A stretch of 64,000 nt of DNA from an uncultured Candidatus Saccharibacteria bacterium (GTDB taxonomy: Bacteria; Patescibacteriota; Minisyncoccia; Phycocordibacterales; DATGWK01): positions 1,647-65,646 of the forward strand of contig CAYRZH010000005.1 in the NCBI GenBank assembly GCA_964428845.1. Reading direction: 5' to 3'. Of this stretch, positions 20,112-28,437 are shown piece after piece. Numbering within the stretch: the stretch's first letter is position 1; the number at the start of each line of letters is the position of its first letter. Made by a program: the position numbers and the translations under genes. Below the pieces are notes generated by a model, which did no database searches, was not told the DNA's origin, and worked only from the letters and a program-made list of their open reading frames with translations.

Positions 20112-20148
20112 ATAGAGTAATAAGATATGGGGGTAATATTACTCGTAG

Positions 20149-20176
20149 TTGACATTTGTGCTAGTTTGTGTAATCA
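20149..20176 (+). promoter_or_regulatory. Sigma70-type promoter TTGACA-16-TAATCA driving GC-rich cassette 2, preceded by the 10-bp palindrome GTAATATTAC (20133-20142)
   Basis: TTGACA at 20149-20154 and TAATCA at 20171-20176. AAAGGAA SD-like site 7 nt before ATG 20241. Confidence 0.35.
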
Positions 20177-20240
20177 TTAAGTCAGGACATCCTTCAAGTA
20201 CAAATCGAAACGAAACCACCCTTTTGAAAGGAATAGAAAC

Positions 20241-20798
20241 ATGAAATTGCTTGATGAAGCTATCCTTTTTGCGGGCTCCCGAAGAGGGGCTCCGCTAAGT
20301 GATCTCGAGGTCACGCTCCTCGTCCTACTCATGGACAGGGTCAGGTGGCCGGTGCCGCAGCAGGTCTTCGAGGCCTGGGAGGGGAACTTCTACAACTGCG
20401 CTGTCGAGCTGGGTATCGGGAGGCCTGGGGAGGAAGAAGTCTTTCTCGTTCGCCGACCGAACACCGATCGGTATTACCCCGGTCAGTGGCATATGCCGGG
20501 GAAGGTCATTCTGCCGGGGATGAATATCCAAACCACTCTGGCGGCTCTCATTGACAATGAACTTGGTGGTGTGGATCTCGGACATATGACTCGGATCGAT
20601 ACATTCGAATTCTCGAAGGTTGATCGTCCGCGTGGTCAAGGTGTCTGTTTCCTGTTCCACGCTTCTGTGGATGTTGCGACCGCGGAACTGCTTCCCAACG
20701 GCCAGTTCTTCCCGGTTGACCAACTGCCGGAACCAATGATCGGCCACCACATCCCCATGATCAGAAGGCTGTTCTACGGTCGAGGCATCTCGCTCTAG
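20241..20798 (+). CDS. Nudix-fold protein with a degenerate Nudix box (GC-rich cassette 2)
   Basis: PGQWHMPGKVILPGMNIQTTLAALIDNELGGV occupies the Nudix box (GX5EX7REUXEEXGU) but most catalytic Glu/Arg residues are replaced. About 60-65% G+C. Confidence 0.5.
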   Translation: MKLLDEAILFAGSRRGAPLSDLEVTLLVLLMDRVRWPVPQQVFEAWEGNFYNCAVELGIGRPGEEEVFLVRRPNTDRYYPGQWHMPGKVILPGMNIQTTLAALIDNELGGVDLGHMTRIDTFEFSKVDRPRGQGVCFLFHASVDVATAELLPNGQFFPVDQLPEPMIGHHIPMIRRLFYGRGISL

Positions 20799-20814
20799 GA
20801 CCAGCACTCATACC

Positions 20815-20853
20815 CCCCCCGACCGCGCATGCGCGGTCGGGGGTTATTTTTTT
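20815..20853 (+). terminator. Strong rho-independent terminator (12-bp GC stem, CATG loop, T9)
   Basis: CCCCCGACCGCG-catg-CGCGGTCGGGGG followed by TTATTTTTTT. The T-run supplies the last codons and stop of the convergent DegT-like gene. Confidence 0.7.
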
Positions 20854-21941
20854 AGAAACAAACTTATTTGCTCACAAACATAGTCCACCTCTTCATCCTT
20901 TAGATATGGGTGTATTGGGAGGGATAAGATGTGATTTACTTTTTCCTCTACCACAGGGAGATTTAGTGAATTGTATTCAGCAAAACATTTCTGTTTATGA
21001 ATCGGAATAGGGTAGTGAATGAGGGTGCCTATCTCTTTTTCTTTGAGAAACGATTGGAGTCCGTCGCGATTTTCTGCTTCTATTACAAACAAATGATTTA
21101 CATGCCCCACATCTTTTCTAAGACCGGGCAATATAATCCCCCGAACACTCTGTAGACCTTCCAAATACTTCTCGGCTATTCTCACTCGGCGCTCATTGTT
21201 TTGATCCAACGTTTTTAGTTTTTCCGACAAAATTGTCGCTTGTAATTCGTCGAGTCGGCTATTTATACCGCGGACCTCATGCTCGTATCTGTTTTTCTGC
21301 CCATAATTGCGTAAAGAAATACATTTTTCTGCGAGTGAAGCATCATTTGTGGTTATAAGTCCTCCGTCGCCGACTCCGCCTAAGTTTTTTGTCGGATAAA
21401 AACTAAAACAGCCAAAAACTCCAAATGATCCGACTTTTTTACCTTTAAACTCTGCTCCGTGTGCTTGAGCGCAATCTTCTACCATATGCAGGTTATGTTT
21501 TTTTGATATATCCAATAAAGAGTCCATGTCTGCGGGCTGACCATACAAGTGGACAGGAATAATGGCGCGTGTTCTTGAAGTTATCTTTTCTTCTATCTTT
21601 TTGACATCAATGTGGTAGAAATCATCAATATCGACAAAAACAGGTATTGCTCCTACTGCCGATATGGAGAGTGCCGTCGCGACTGCTGAAAGGGGTGTGG
21701 TGATGACTTCATCACCGGGACCAATCCCAAGAGCAAGAAGAGCAATCTGGAGAGCTTCCAACCCGTTAGCAACGCCAACTGCATGTTTTGTGTCGATGTA
21801 CCCGGCAAAATCTGTCTCAAACTTTTTAACCTCTGGACCAAGCACATAATGTCCAGATTCAAAAACCCTCTGCATTGCCGCGAGGATATCCCTTTTTTCT
21901 TCAGCGCTTTGGCCGTTTAGTATATTGAATGAAATCTTCAT
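20844..21941 (-). CDS. DegT/DnrJ/EryC1/StrS-family PLP-dependent sugar aminotransferase
   Basis: Start taken at MKISFNILNG (ATG rc at 21939-21941). Conserved region ...VLGPEVKKFETDFAGYI... and PLP-lysine context (FSFYPTKNLG). Confidence 0.75.
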   Translation of the reverse strand: MKISFNILNGQSAEEKRDILAAMQRVFESGHYVLGPEVKKFETDFAGYIDTKHAVGVANGLEALQIALLALGIGPGDEVITTPLSAVATALSISAVGAIPVFVDIDDFYHIDVKKIEEKITSRTRAIIPVHLYGQPADMDSLLDISKKHNLHMVEDCAQAHGAEFKGKKVGSFGVFGCFSFYPTKNLGGVGDGGLITTNDASLAEKCISLRNYGQKNRYEHEVRGINSRLDELQATILSEKLKTLDQNNERRVRIAEKYLEGLQSVRGIILPGLRKDVGHVNHLFVIEAENRDGLQSFLKEKEIGTLIHYPIPIHKQKCFAEYNSLNLPVVEEKVNHILSLPIHPYLKDEEVDYVCEQISLFLKK

Positions 21942-22326
21942 AATTTCTAATGTAATCTTTCTCGTCGTATTCTTGGTCGGCCAAAACCAGGAGGGAAGTC
22001 CCTGGCTTAAAGCTGTGCATGACGTGCCATACATACGGGAAAAGCCACAGTCCTTCGTTATTTTTGTTTAATACGACGCTCGTTTTGTTTTTTCCGTCGT
22101 CGAGATCTACTATGCATTCTCCCGTGGTGCAGATCAAGATTTGGTTTGTGAGGTGGTGGGTGTGACCTCCGCGCTTATCGGCGTCTTTCATGCCAGTAAT
22201 AGAAAGCACCTTCTTTATTGGGAAAGGTATACTACCTTCTTTTGCCGGTTGGTCTGCTTGAAGCATACAGAGAGTGCCATTTTTAGTATCGAAGGAAGGG
22301 AATTGTATCAGTTTAAGGGGGGGCAT
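21901..22326 (-). CDS. WxcM/FdtA-like cupin, probable dTDP-4-keto-6-deoxyhexose 3,4-ketoisomerase
   Basis: 141-aa cupin with ...KRGGHTHHLTNQILICTTGEC... and LWLFPYVWHVMHSF motifs. Confidence 0.55.
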   Translation of the reverse strand: MPPLKLIQFPSFDTKNGTLCMLQADQPAKEGSIPFPIKKVLSITGMKDADKRGGHTHHLTNQILICTTGECIVDLDDGKNKTSVVLNKNNEGLWLFPYVWHVMHSFKPGTSLLVLADQEYDEKDYIRNYEDFIQYTKRPKR

Positions 22327-22347
22327 AATTTGTGCAGTAGACTTTAA

Positions 22348-23358
22348 TTATATACCAAACACTCGATCGAGCCCCAGCATCTTTAACAACCTCTTTTTTC
22401 TACCAGGTGGCATGTTTCGAGTACGTTCCTCATTCAATCGTCTGCAGATGGGCAAGTATTCATCGAGTGTCATTTTTGGCTTCCAGCCAAGTGCCCGTAT
22501 TTTTGTCGCGTCAAGCGAATATCTCACGTCCTGACCGGGTCTATTTTCCCCATGCTCATAAAAATTTTCATCTTTCCCCATGACTCTTAGTACCTTTTTT
22601 ATAACCTCTAAATTGGTCAGTTCTTCATTTCGAGTGATATTGTAAATTTCACCATCAGCTCCCTTTTCCATAATCAAAAGTATCGCCGAACAATTGTCTT
22701 CAGTATAAATCCAGTCGCGTGTGTATGAGCCATCTCCATCAACTATAGCCCTTTGTCCTTTAATAGCCCGCTTCATTACCCTAGGGATGAGTTTTTCGGG
22801 GCGCTGACCGTAGCCATAGTTGTTGGAACTTCGACAAATTCTCCATCGTAGGCCGTAGGTACGACCCCATCCCATGACGAGTTGGTCGGCAGCGGCCTTT
22901 GTCGCTGAGTAAGGATTTGAAGGTGTCAGTCTGTCTGTTTCCTTAAAAGACCCTTCTAGTATGTCCCCATAAACCTCATCTGTTGAAATCTGAACAAATA
23001 CTGGACGTTTTTCCTCGGGCATTCTCCGCACAAGCTCAAGAAGGTTATATACACCCTGCACATTGCTCTTGAAGAAGGCAAGATTGTCTTTGATCGAATT
23101 AACCACATGTGACTCGGCTGCAAAGTTTACAATCCAGGCTACACCTTCAGGTAATTCCTTTAAGTCGCAAATATCCTTCTTTATAAAACTATAATTTGGG
23201 AAACGCTCAAAGTTGGTGTCTTCCCTTATGGCATAGGTCATTTTGTCTACGTTTATGACAAAAAATCCTTTTTTTAAAACCATTTCTACAAAAGCGCTTC
23301 CGATAAAGCCAAGGCCGCCGGTTACCAGTATTTTTTTAGGATTGCTTACGTCTGCCAT
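22348..23358 (-). CDS. rfbB: dTDP-glucose 4,6-dehydratase (RmlB/RfbB)
   Basis: KILVTGGLGFIGSAFV Rossmann motif and YSATKAAADQL catalytic YxxxK. Length 336 aa. Confidence 0.8.
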   Translation of the reverse strand: MADVSNPKKILVTGGLGFIGSAFVEMVLKKGFFVINVDKMTYAIREDTNFERFPNYSFIKKDICDLKELPEGVAWIVNFAAESHVVNSIKDNLAFFKSNVQGVYNLLELVRRMPEEKRPVFVQISTDEVYGDILEGSFKETDRLTPSNPYSATKAAADQLVMGWGRTYGLRWRICRSSNNYGYGQRPEKLIPRVMKRAIKGQRAIVDGDGSYTRDWIYTEDNCSAILLIMEKGADGEIYNITRNEELTNLEVIKKVLRVMGKDENFYEHGENRPGQDVRYSLDATKIRALGWKPKMTLDEYLPICRRLNEERTRNMPPGRKKRLLKMLGLDRVFGI

Positions 23359-23362
23359 TTTA

Positions 23363-24316
23363 TTATCTAGTCGCTCGAAGGACTATATACTGCTTGATTA
23401 CTCGTAATATATCAAGTTTCTTAACACACCCATAGGTCCAAGATGAATCGATTGCCCGGACACGATCATAGGCTTTTTGCAGGGCTCTCACATATAACCG
23501 ATAAATCGTCCGGTCGAATATCGAGACCGGGTAGGGACGGATTTTTCCACCTGATGTCATGTAAATTTTAAGACCGTGGAAGTGGTATAGGATAAGGGGA
23601 AATTTTTTATTGGAAATTTTTTCGGTCCCTTCGATCTTGCCACCTTTTTTTACGTCAAACTTAAAACGGTCTGTATTCCACGAAGCTACATCCACACCAG
23701 GGTCTGTAAGTACGAAGACTTTTTTAAATCGTGTTGGCCAGTCATTTAAATATAACTGGTCGCCAAACTTTCCGTCTTCATATCGATTGTAGCACCACTC
23801 TATACACCTGTCTTTCCACCATCTTAAACACTCCAAACCACACTCGTCGTTTCTAAAAATCATCATTCCAACATTATATTTACCACTCGTCTTCTCGCGC
23901 TCTTTATGTTTCTCGGAAAATGCGTGGGGGATTATCATTATCGAATTGTTACCAAATTGGTGGTAAATATCATCAACTGGTGCGTAAAAGTACATATCAA
24001 CATCAACATAAGTGACAGTGTCCATACTCGGATTTTTTTCGAGGATATAGAGAGGTAAGCATGAGCTAAACATCCAACAATATTCTGCCGTTGTTCGACC
24101 GGGTTTTACCGCAAGCATTCGGTCATCTTCAACATCAGATAGTTTCAGTAGTTTTGTTCTATCTAAATTTAGTTTTTGGAGCATCGAGTGGCTTTCGTTG
24201 TCCATACAGAGCATCCAGAGGACAAAATCTGGGCATTGTTCCGTTAGGGAACGATGGAGAGCTACCGCCCGGGTCAAAAAGCCCTTATCAAAAACCGCGC
24301 AGAAGTTATACATCAT
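23363..24316 (-). CDS. Nucleotide-diphospho-sugar transferase (GT-A fold, GT8/Nucleotid_trans-like)
   Basis: 317 aa with DxD-type motifs (YVDVDMYF) and a HFHG motif. Not searched. Confidence 0.45.
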   Translation of the reverse strand: MMYNFCAVFDKGFLTRAVALHRSLTEQCPDFVLWMLCMDNESHSMLQKLNLDRTKLLKLSDVEDDRMLAVKPGRTTAEYCWMFSSCLPLYILEKNPSMDTVTYVDVDMYFYAPVDDIYHQFGNNSIMIIPHAFSEKHKEREKTSGKYNVGMMIFRNDECGLECLRWWKDRCIEWCYNRYEDGKFGDQLYLNDWPTRFKKVFVLTDPGVDVASWNTDRFKFDVKKGGKIEGTEKISNKKFPLILYHFHGLKIYMTSGGKIRPYPVSIFDRTIYRLYVRALQKAYDRVRAIDSSWTYGCVKKLDILRVIKQYIVLRATR

Positions 24317-24349
24317 TTCAAAATACTATCATTTTTGACTTTTATGCAC

Positions 24350-24376
24350 AAAAAAACGGCCCCGAAGGCGGGGCCG
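24350..24376 (-). terminator. Rho-independent terminator of GC-rich cassette 3 (minus strand)
   Basis: On the minus strand: CGGCCCCG-ccuu-CGGGGCCG followed by TTTTTTT. The T-run continues into the -35 (TTGTGC-17-TAGTAT) of the downstream GT8-like gene. Confidence 0.6.
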
Positions 24377-24416
24377 CTGTGTTCTTCTCTGTCTTCACTC
24401 TGTCCGACTGGTCCGG

Positions 24417-25103
24417 TCACCGGCCGACAGGCTTCCATCCACCGCGCACATCGGCGAAGGATGGGCGATGAGGATCGAGAACCCATTGGAGCAGGTAACA
24501 GTTGTGGTCGACGATTCGCGGGTCCCCTCGCCTCACTTCATCCGGGGTGAAGATTGTCCACTCACCCTCGAAACCCTCCACGTCCACCACAGAGACCTTC
24601 CTGCGGTGCATGATTGTCGCGCAAGCGCAACGTCTTTCGGGTTCGTCGTGGATCGTCACACCGAGGAACTGGATACCCGGTCTCATGGGGAGGAGATCAT
24701 CTCCGGCGTCACGGAAATCCCTTTCCAGGGCGCTTGCTGGCGTATCGAATCTTCGGATAACTGTGCACGGGCTGTGGTACAGCCCGGCCCACGCGTCGCC
24801 GACCTCGGTCGCCGGATCGCGAAGCTTCAGGGCAAATCCCAGAAACTCGTTACCCTTCCACACTTCATGAACGATCTGAACCGAAGCGCAGAATCCTGCC
24901 ATGCCGACGAGAAGTTCGAAGACCTCTTTCGGCACGCCGCCCATCGTTGTACTCCTGCTTCCATGCCGGGCCCGTTCGGTCAGCTCTGCGATGTGGGAGA
25001 TGATTGGGGCGAGCTCCACGAGCGGAATGTCCCTGATCATCCCCAGGGCACTAAGCGCCAGGGACTGGTGAGAGCTGTCTCGCGTCTGCGCAATCGTCTT
25101 CAT
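24417..25103 (-). CDS. Hypothetical protein, 228 aa (GC-rich cassette 3)
   Basis: ORF in ~57% G+C DNA, flanked on the same strand by a perfect consensus promoter and a terminator. AAAGAAAGGG SD-like site before the ATG. No family recognised. Confidence 0.5.
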   Translation of the reverse strand: MKTIAQTRDSSHQSLALSALGMIRDIPLVELAPIISHIAELTERARHGSRSTTMGGVPKEVFELLVGMAGFCASVQIVHEVWKGNEFLGFALKLRDPATEVGDAWAGLYHSPCTVIRRFDTPASALERDFRDAGDDLLPMRPGIQFLGVTIHDEPERRCACATIMHRRKVSVVDVEGFEGEWTIFTPDEVRRGDPRIVDHNCYLLQWVLDPHRPSFADVRGGWKPVGR

Positions 25104-25166
25104 GGCAACCCTTTCTTTGGTTGGTTGTGTTCGGGGCGAAAACCACGGGAACTCCTATCTTCCTGT

Positions 25167-25195
25167 ATTATAGTACTTCTATTGACTATTGTCAA
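25167..25195 (-). promoter_or_regulatory. Perfect consensus sigma70 promoter TTGACA-17-TATAAT (minus strand) for cassette 3
   Basis: On the minus strand TTGACA (25195-25190), a 17-nt spacer and TATAAT (25172-25167). The -35 is embedded in the partial palindrome TTGACaataGTCAA. Confidence 0.5.
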
Positions 25196-25211
25196 ATGAC
25201 CTAAAATTGTT

Positions 25212-25936
25212 CTAAGATTTCCGTGCCAAAACCACGTTATCCATATACAAATCCTGGTTTGCCGGCAAGATTTTTGAAAGCACAATTCCTAAAATCGTGA
25301 AAGGTGAAATGAGTAAAACATACCAAAATACTCGAAGCCAGTATGACTGAATCCATTCAAGTCTTTTGTGAATAAAGCAAGCGACAAGCTGAAATATGAC
25401 GCGAACGTCCGACGCAGTTTTTATATGTCTTTCAATTTTAAAACCACTTTTTCTTAGGAGGTGTGCGAGACCAAAAGATGAGTATCTTGCATAATCGTGG
25501 GGCTTTTCGTGCTCGTCCCAAACGAAAGGCACGGTGAGAAGAAGAGCACCTCCAGGCATCGTTACTCGCGCTACCTCTTTCAAGAACTGATCAGGATTAA
25601 AAACATGTTCCAATACTTGAGTGGCAATAACAGAATCGAAGGAGTTATTCTCAAAAGGAAATTTCTCGCCACTGTACCAGGTATCAATCCTCTTGAAGCG
25701 AGCGCGATTTTCTGGCGAGTCAAATTCCATGCCGATATAAGGTGAAACATGGGTAAAAATCTTCTCGTAAGGCCGCTCGCCACAGCCGACATCAAGCGTT
25801 TTCCCGTGGATTTCTGCACCAAGACACTACCTGGCCCTTCGTAGCTCTCGCCGAACCAAATAGAAGGGATTGATAAAGATACCCAATAATCCCGGGTTAA
25901 AATATTGGTCGCGAATATATGATTTTATGCCAGTCA
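25212..25936 (-). pseudogene. Class I SAM-dependent methyltransferase interrupted by a single in-frame TAG (complement 25827-25829)
   Basis: The frame reads MTGIKSYIRDQYFNPG...RRAR-TAG-CLGAEIHGKTLDVGCGERPYEK... and continues into ORF 25212-25730. The SAM motif I (LDVGCG) lies downstream of the stop with no in-frame start, so the gene is disrupted as assembled. Confidence 0.5.
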
Positions 25937-25941
25937 TCGGA

Positions 25942-26757
25942 TTATTTCTTTGAAAAAGTAAAATGCCTCAAAGGAACCAAGTTTTCTGTTCCATTATAAG
26001 ACATCGTATCCTGGTTGTACTCAACAATTGTACTGTAACCGTTCCTCTCAAAGAACTCTTTTAATTTAGTAGAATTCAAAATCCATGCCGAATATGAAGC
26101 GTCATATATTCTCGGTGACACTTTTTGGATTGTCAGGCAATCATTTTCATCCCAGAGAGGGGTCCTATCAAATACAACTGATTCAAACCTACTCGAAACA
26201 ACTTTCGTGAGTAGTTCGTATGGATTTTCGATGTACTGGATAGCGCTTGAAGCTAAAAATACTTGTGGTCGAATCTCCCTCAAACCTTCTTCGAGCGAGT
26301 CTCGAAACAAAAGTTGTTCATTTTGAAAATATTGTCTACCGTGTTCGGAGAGTTTTTTTTGCTCCACGATAACCCACCGGAGATTCTTCAAATATTTGAA
26401 GAATTCGATATTTTGAAAATAGACACTTCCAAAAGCCCCACCGAAATCAAGAACATTCAAATTATTTTCATGACGTGAGGCGGACCAGAGAAGTGTCGCT
26501 ACTACTGGCCATGAATATTTTTTAGTATCAAAAGTAACTCCATCGCGTTCAGAGACAGCCAACCCCCCCTTTACCTTACGAGCTGCTTCCTTTACCTTTT
26601 CAAAAATAATGGGGGAGTCGTATCCGTCTGAATCAGCCAGCGCTTCTTTCCAGCTCGCATAATTTCCGAAAAATCCGTATTCTGTCGGTTTCTTCCAAAC
26701 ATTAATAATGATTGGTGGAAGTATATTTTTCAAAACACCTTTAATTTTTTGTTTCAT
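25942..26757 (-). CDS. Putative SAM-dependent methyltransferase (TIGR04325-like family common in glycan loci)
   Basis: Start taken at MKQKIKGV. LDFGGAFGSVYFQN motif. Family assignment is from memory. Confidence 0.4.
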   Translation of the reverse strand: MKQKIKGVLKNILPPIIINVWKKPTEYGFFGNYASWKEALADSDGYDSPIIFEKVKEAARKVKGGLAVSERDGVTFDTKKYSWPVVATLLWSASRHENNLNVLDFGGAFGSVYFQNIEFFKYLKNLRWVIVEQKKLSEHGRQYFQNEQLLFRDSLEEGLREIRPQVFLASSAIQYIENPYELLTKVVSSRFESVVFDRTPLWDENDCLTIQKVSPRIYDASYSAWILNSTKLKEFFERNGYSTIVEYNQDTMSYNGTENLVPLRHFTFSKK

Positions 26758-27502
26758 GTATTGAGTGTGGCCAACCGGGTGTAAAAGGAAGTTCCCGGTC
26801 GCTCGCCCAAAAATAAAGATTATGCCGATCTGGGTATATGGTTTCAAAAATAGTTACCTTTTTGAAGTGTGGAGAAAAGAAACGCATTAGGTCTTCTTTA
26901 TTTTTAAATTCGTATTCATGATGAGATAGTGATTTCTGGCCATTGTTTTTCTCGACGATTGTATATCCACTTAAGATTCCATTTTTCTTCAACCGAAGTT
27001 TTATCTCTTTAATAATTTTTTCTATTTCGATTGGAGTGAAGTGTTCAATCGCTGCATCCCAAATCACATTATCAAAATTACCAGTAGGCATGTTGTTCCT
27101 AATATCTGCCAAGATAAATCGAACGTTTGGCGCTCGATTTATTTTGTTGGCGGTTTGAATGGCTTTTTTATCGAAATCGCATGCAATAACACTCCGTGAT
27201 TTCAAGCTGTAAAAATTTCTTGCGTTGAACCCGTCTCCGCATGCGAGTTCTAACACATCTCCGCCTTCGATCGTTAGATTGCCAAAAACCCCCCTCTCTA
27301 CCCAAAAAGGGTTTCTTGTCCGGAGCCATTTGTAATAGAGATCAATTTGATGATCAAAATGTTCCGGTTGTGGAGGTAGAGACCACTCCACCCATTTTAG
27401 TCTTTTGTGCGCTGAGGAAACCCAAATAGACGATAGCAGGCATTCGACCTGGGACAGAGGTTCCAGTATCTTTTTCGTTGCTTTTTTGAGGGCATTTTTC
27501 AT
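26741..27502 (-). CDS. Class I SAM-dependent methyltransferase
   Basis: VLELACGDGFNARNF (motif I) and an acidic residue after beta2 (IACDFDKKAI). Confidence 0.6.
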   Translation of the reverse strand: MKNALKKATKKILEPLSQVECLLSSIWVSSAHKRLKWVEWSLPPQPEHFDHQIDLYYKWLRTRNPFWVERGVFGNLTIEGGDVLELACGDGFNARNFYSLKSRSVIACDFDKKAIQTANKINRAPNVRFILADIRNNMPTGNFDNVIWDAAIEHFTPIEIEKIIKEIKLRLKKNGILSGYTIVEKNNGQKSLSHHEYEFKNKEDLMRFFSPHFKKVTIFETIYPDRHNLYFWASDRELPFTPGWPHSIHETKN

Positions 27503-27505
27503 GTT

Positions 27506-28426
27506 TTAGTGTCGGATTATTTTCCTTATGATTCTTTGGAGTAAGCTAGTTTTCAGAGACCTTAGCTCGTCTATAATAATCTTCTTTGCCCGCACATTTT
27601 CTTCAATCCGGATTGGCTTTATGTCTATCTGACGTTCAGCCACAGCTTTTTTAAAACTGTTCGAATTTCCACCATGAGTGCCACTGCCATCCCTACCTAT
27701 ATTTTCTATAAGTGATGTTCCCGGGTAGAGAGTCAATACTCCTGCCAGAAATGTGGATGCATACCAAAGTATGGCCCAAGAATCATTCTGTCCCTGGATT
27801 TGCCTTTTCAACATCCCAGAAAAATCATAAGTTCCATCAAAGTCGAATTCGCGCAACAATTTCTCTTTTTCTAGCTTTTTTAGAAGTTTTTTCCCATCCT
27901 GTTCGAACAATTTCCATCCTCTTTTCCATGTTGCCCAGCCCCAGCAGTCTGATCCTCTCAAAAAAAATGTCTCAGGCAGAGCCTTTTTGACTGGGTAGAC
28001 ATAGCCATGAATTGATACAACCCTATTTTCGTTCTCGTACAGGGTCAAAGCATCGTTCATATACTTCAGAAAGTAAGGCGAAGTAAGCAAATCGTCTTCA
28101 AGTACGATTACGCTCCCATATTTGTTTACAATATCGGTGACTCCAGTAATGATCGATCTTGCCAGACCCAAATTTTCACTTCGTTCTATTACGTTAACAT
28201 TTTTGAAACCGGAGACCGTCTTGATAAGATTTCGCACTTCTGCCACCCCCTTTTTTGATTCTTCGTTTTTTGCGCCATCTGAAAAAATAAAAAGATCACT
28301 CTCCTTTGCCAATGTATTTCTTTGCAGGGCTTCGACGGTCCTTTTGGTATGCTCTGGCCGGTTATAGACAAACAAGGTTATAGGGGCGAGCTTCATATTT
28401 GTGCATCGTAACACACGAATAGTCAC
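27506..28426 (-). CDS. GT-A fold glycosyltransferase with GnT-I (GT13)-like N-terminus
   Basis: ITLFVYNRPEHTKRTVEALQRN...FIFSDG pattern resembling the GnT-I family N-terminus, and a DD motif (VLEDDLL). The start could also be ATG at 28396. Confidence 0.4.
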   Translation of the reverse strand: MTIRVLRCTNMKLAPITLFVYNRPEHTKRTVEALQRNTLAKESDLFIFSDGAKNEESKKGVAEVRNLIKTVSGFKNVNVIERSENLGLARSIITGVTDIVNKYGSVIVLEDDLLTSPYFLKYMNDALTLYENENRVVSIHGYVYPVKKALPETFFLRGSDCWGWATWKRGWKLFEQDGKKLLKKLEKEKLLREFDFDGTYDFSGMLKRQIQGQNDSWAILWYASTFLAGVLTLYPGTSLIENIGRDGSGTHGGNSNSFKKAVAERQIDIKPIRIEENVRAKKIIIDELRSLKTSLLQRIIRKIIRH

Positions 28427-28437
28427 TTAACAAAAAT

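Noticed and set aside
20299-20807. Several overlapping ORFs (74, 69, 160 and 62 aa) on both strands within cassette 2
   Set aside because: These are frame artefacts of high-G+C DNA. Only the 185-aa frame has a fold-like (Nudix) pattern and matching signals.
21942-22034. Longer N-terminal extensions of DegT (to 22034), Wzt (to 43859), SecA (48219), MurB (47087, TTG), PseC (38475) and others
   Set aside because: Internal ATG starts align with the conserved family N-termini and avoid 40-130-nt overlaps with upstream genes.
24468-25199. 243-aa plus-strand ORF (and a nested 122-aa ORF) opposite the cassette-3 gene
   Set aside because: The perfect TTGACA-17-TATAAT promoter, the SD-like site and the hairpin plus T-run terminator all lie on the minus strand. 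The plus-strand ORF runs into the promoter region.
25580-25822. 80-aa minus-strand ORF upstream of the methyltransferase ORF
   Set aside because: It is an out-of-frame read of the methyltransferase N-terminal region. The correct frame contains the LDVGCG motif and an in-frame TAG.
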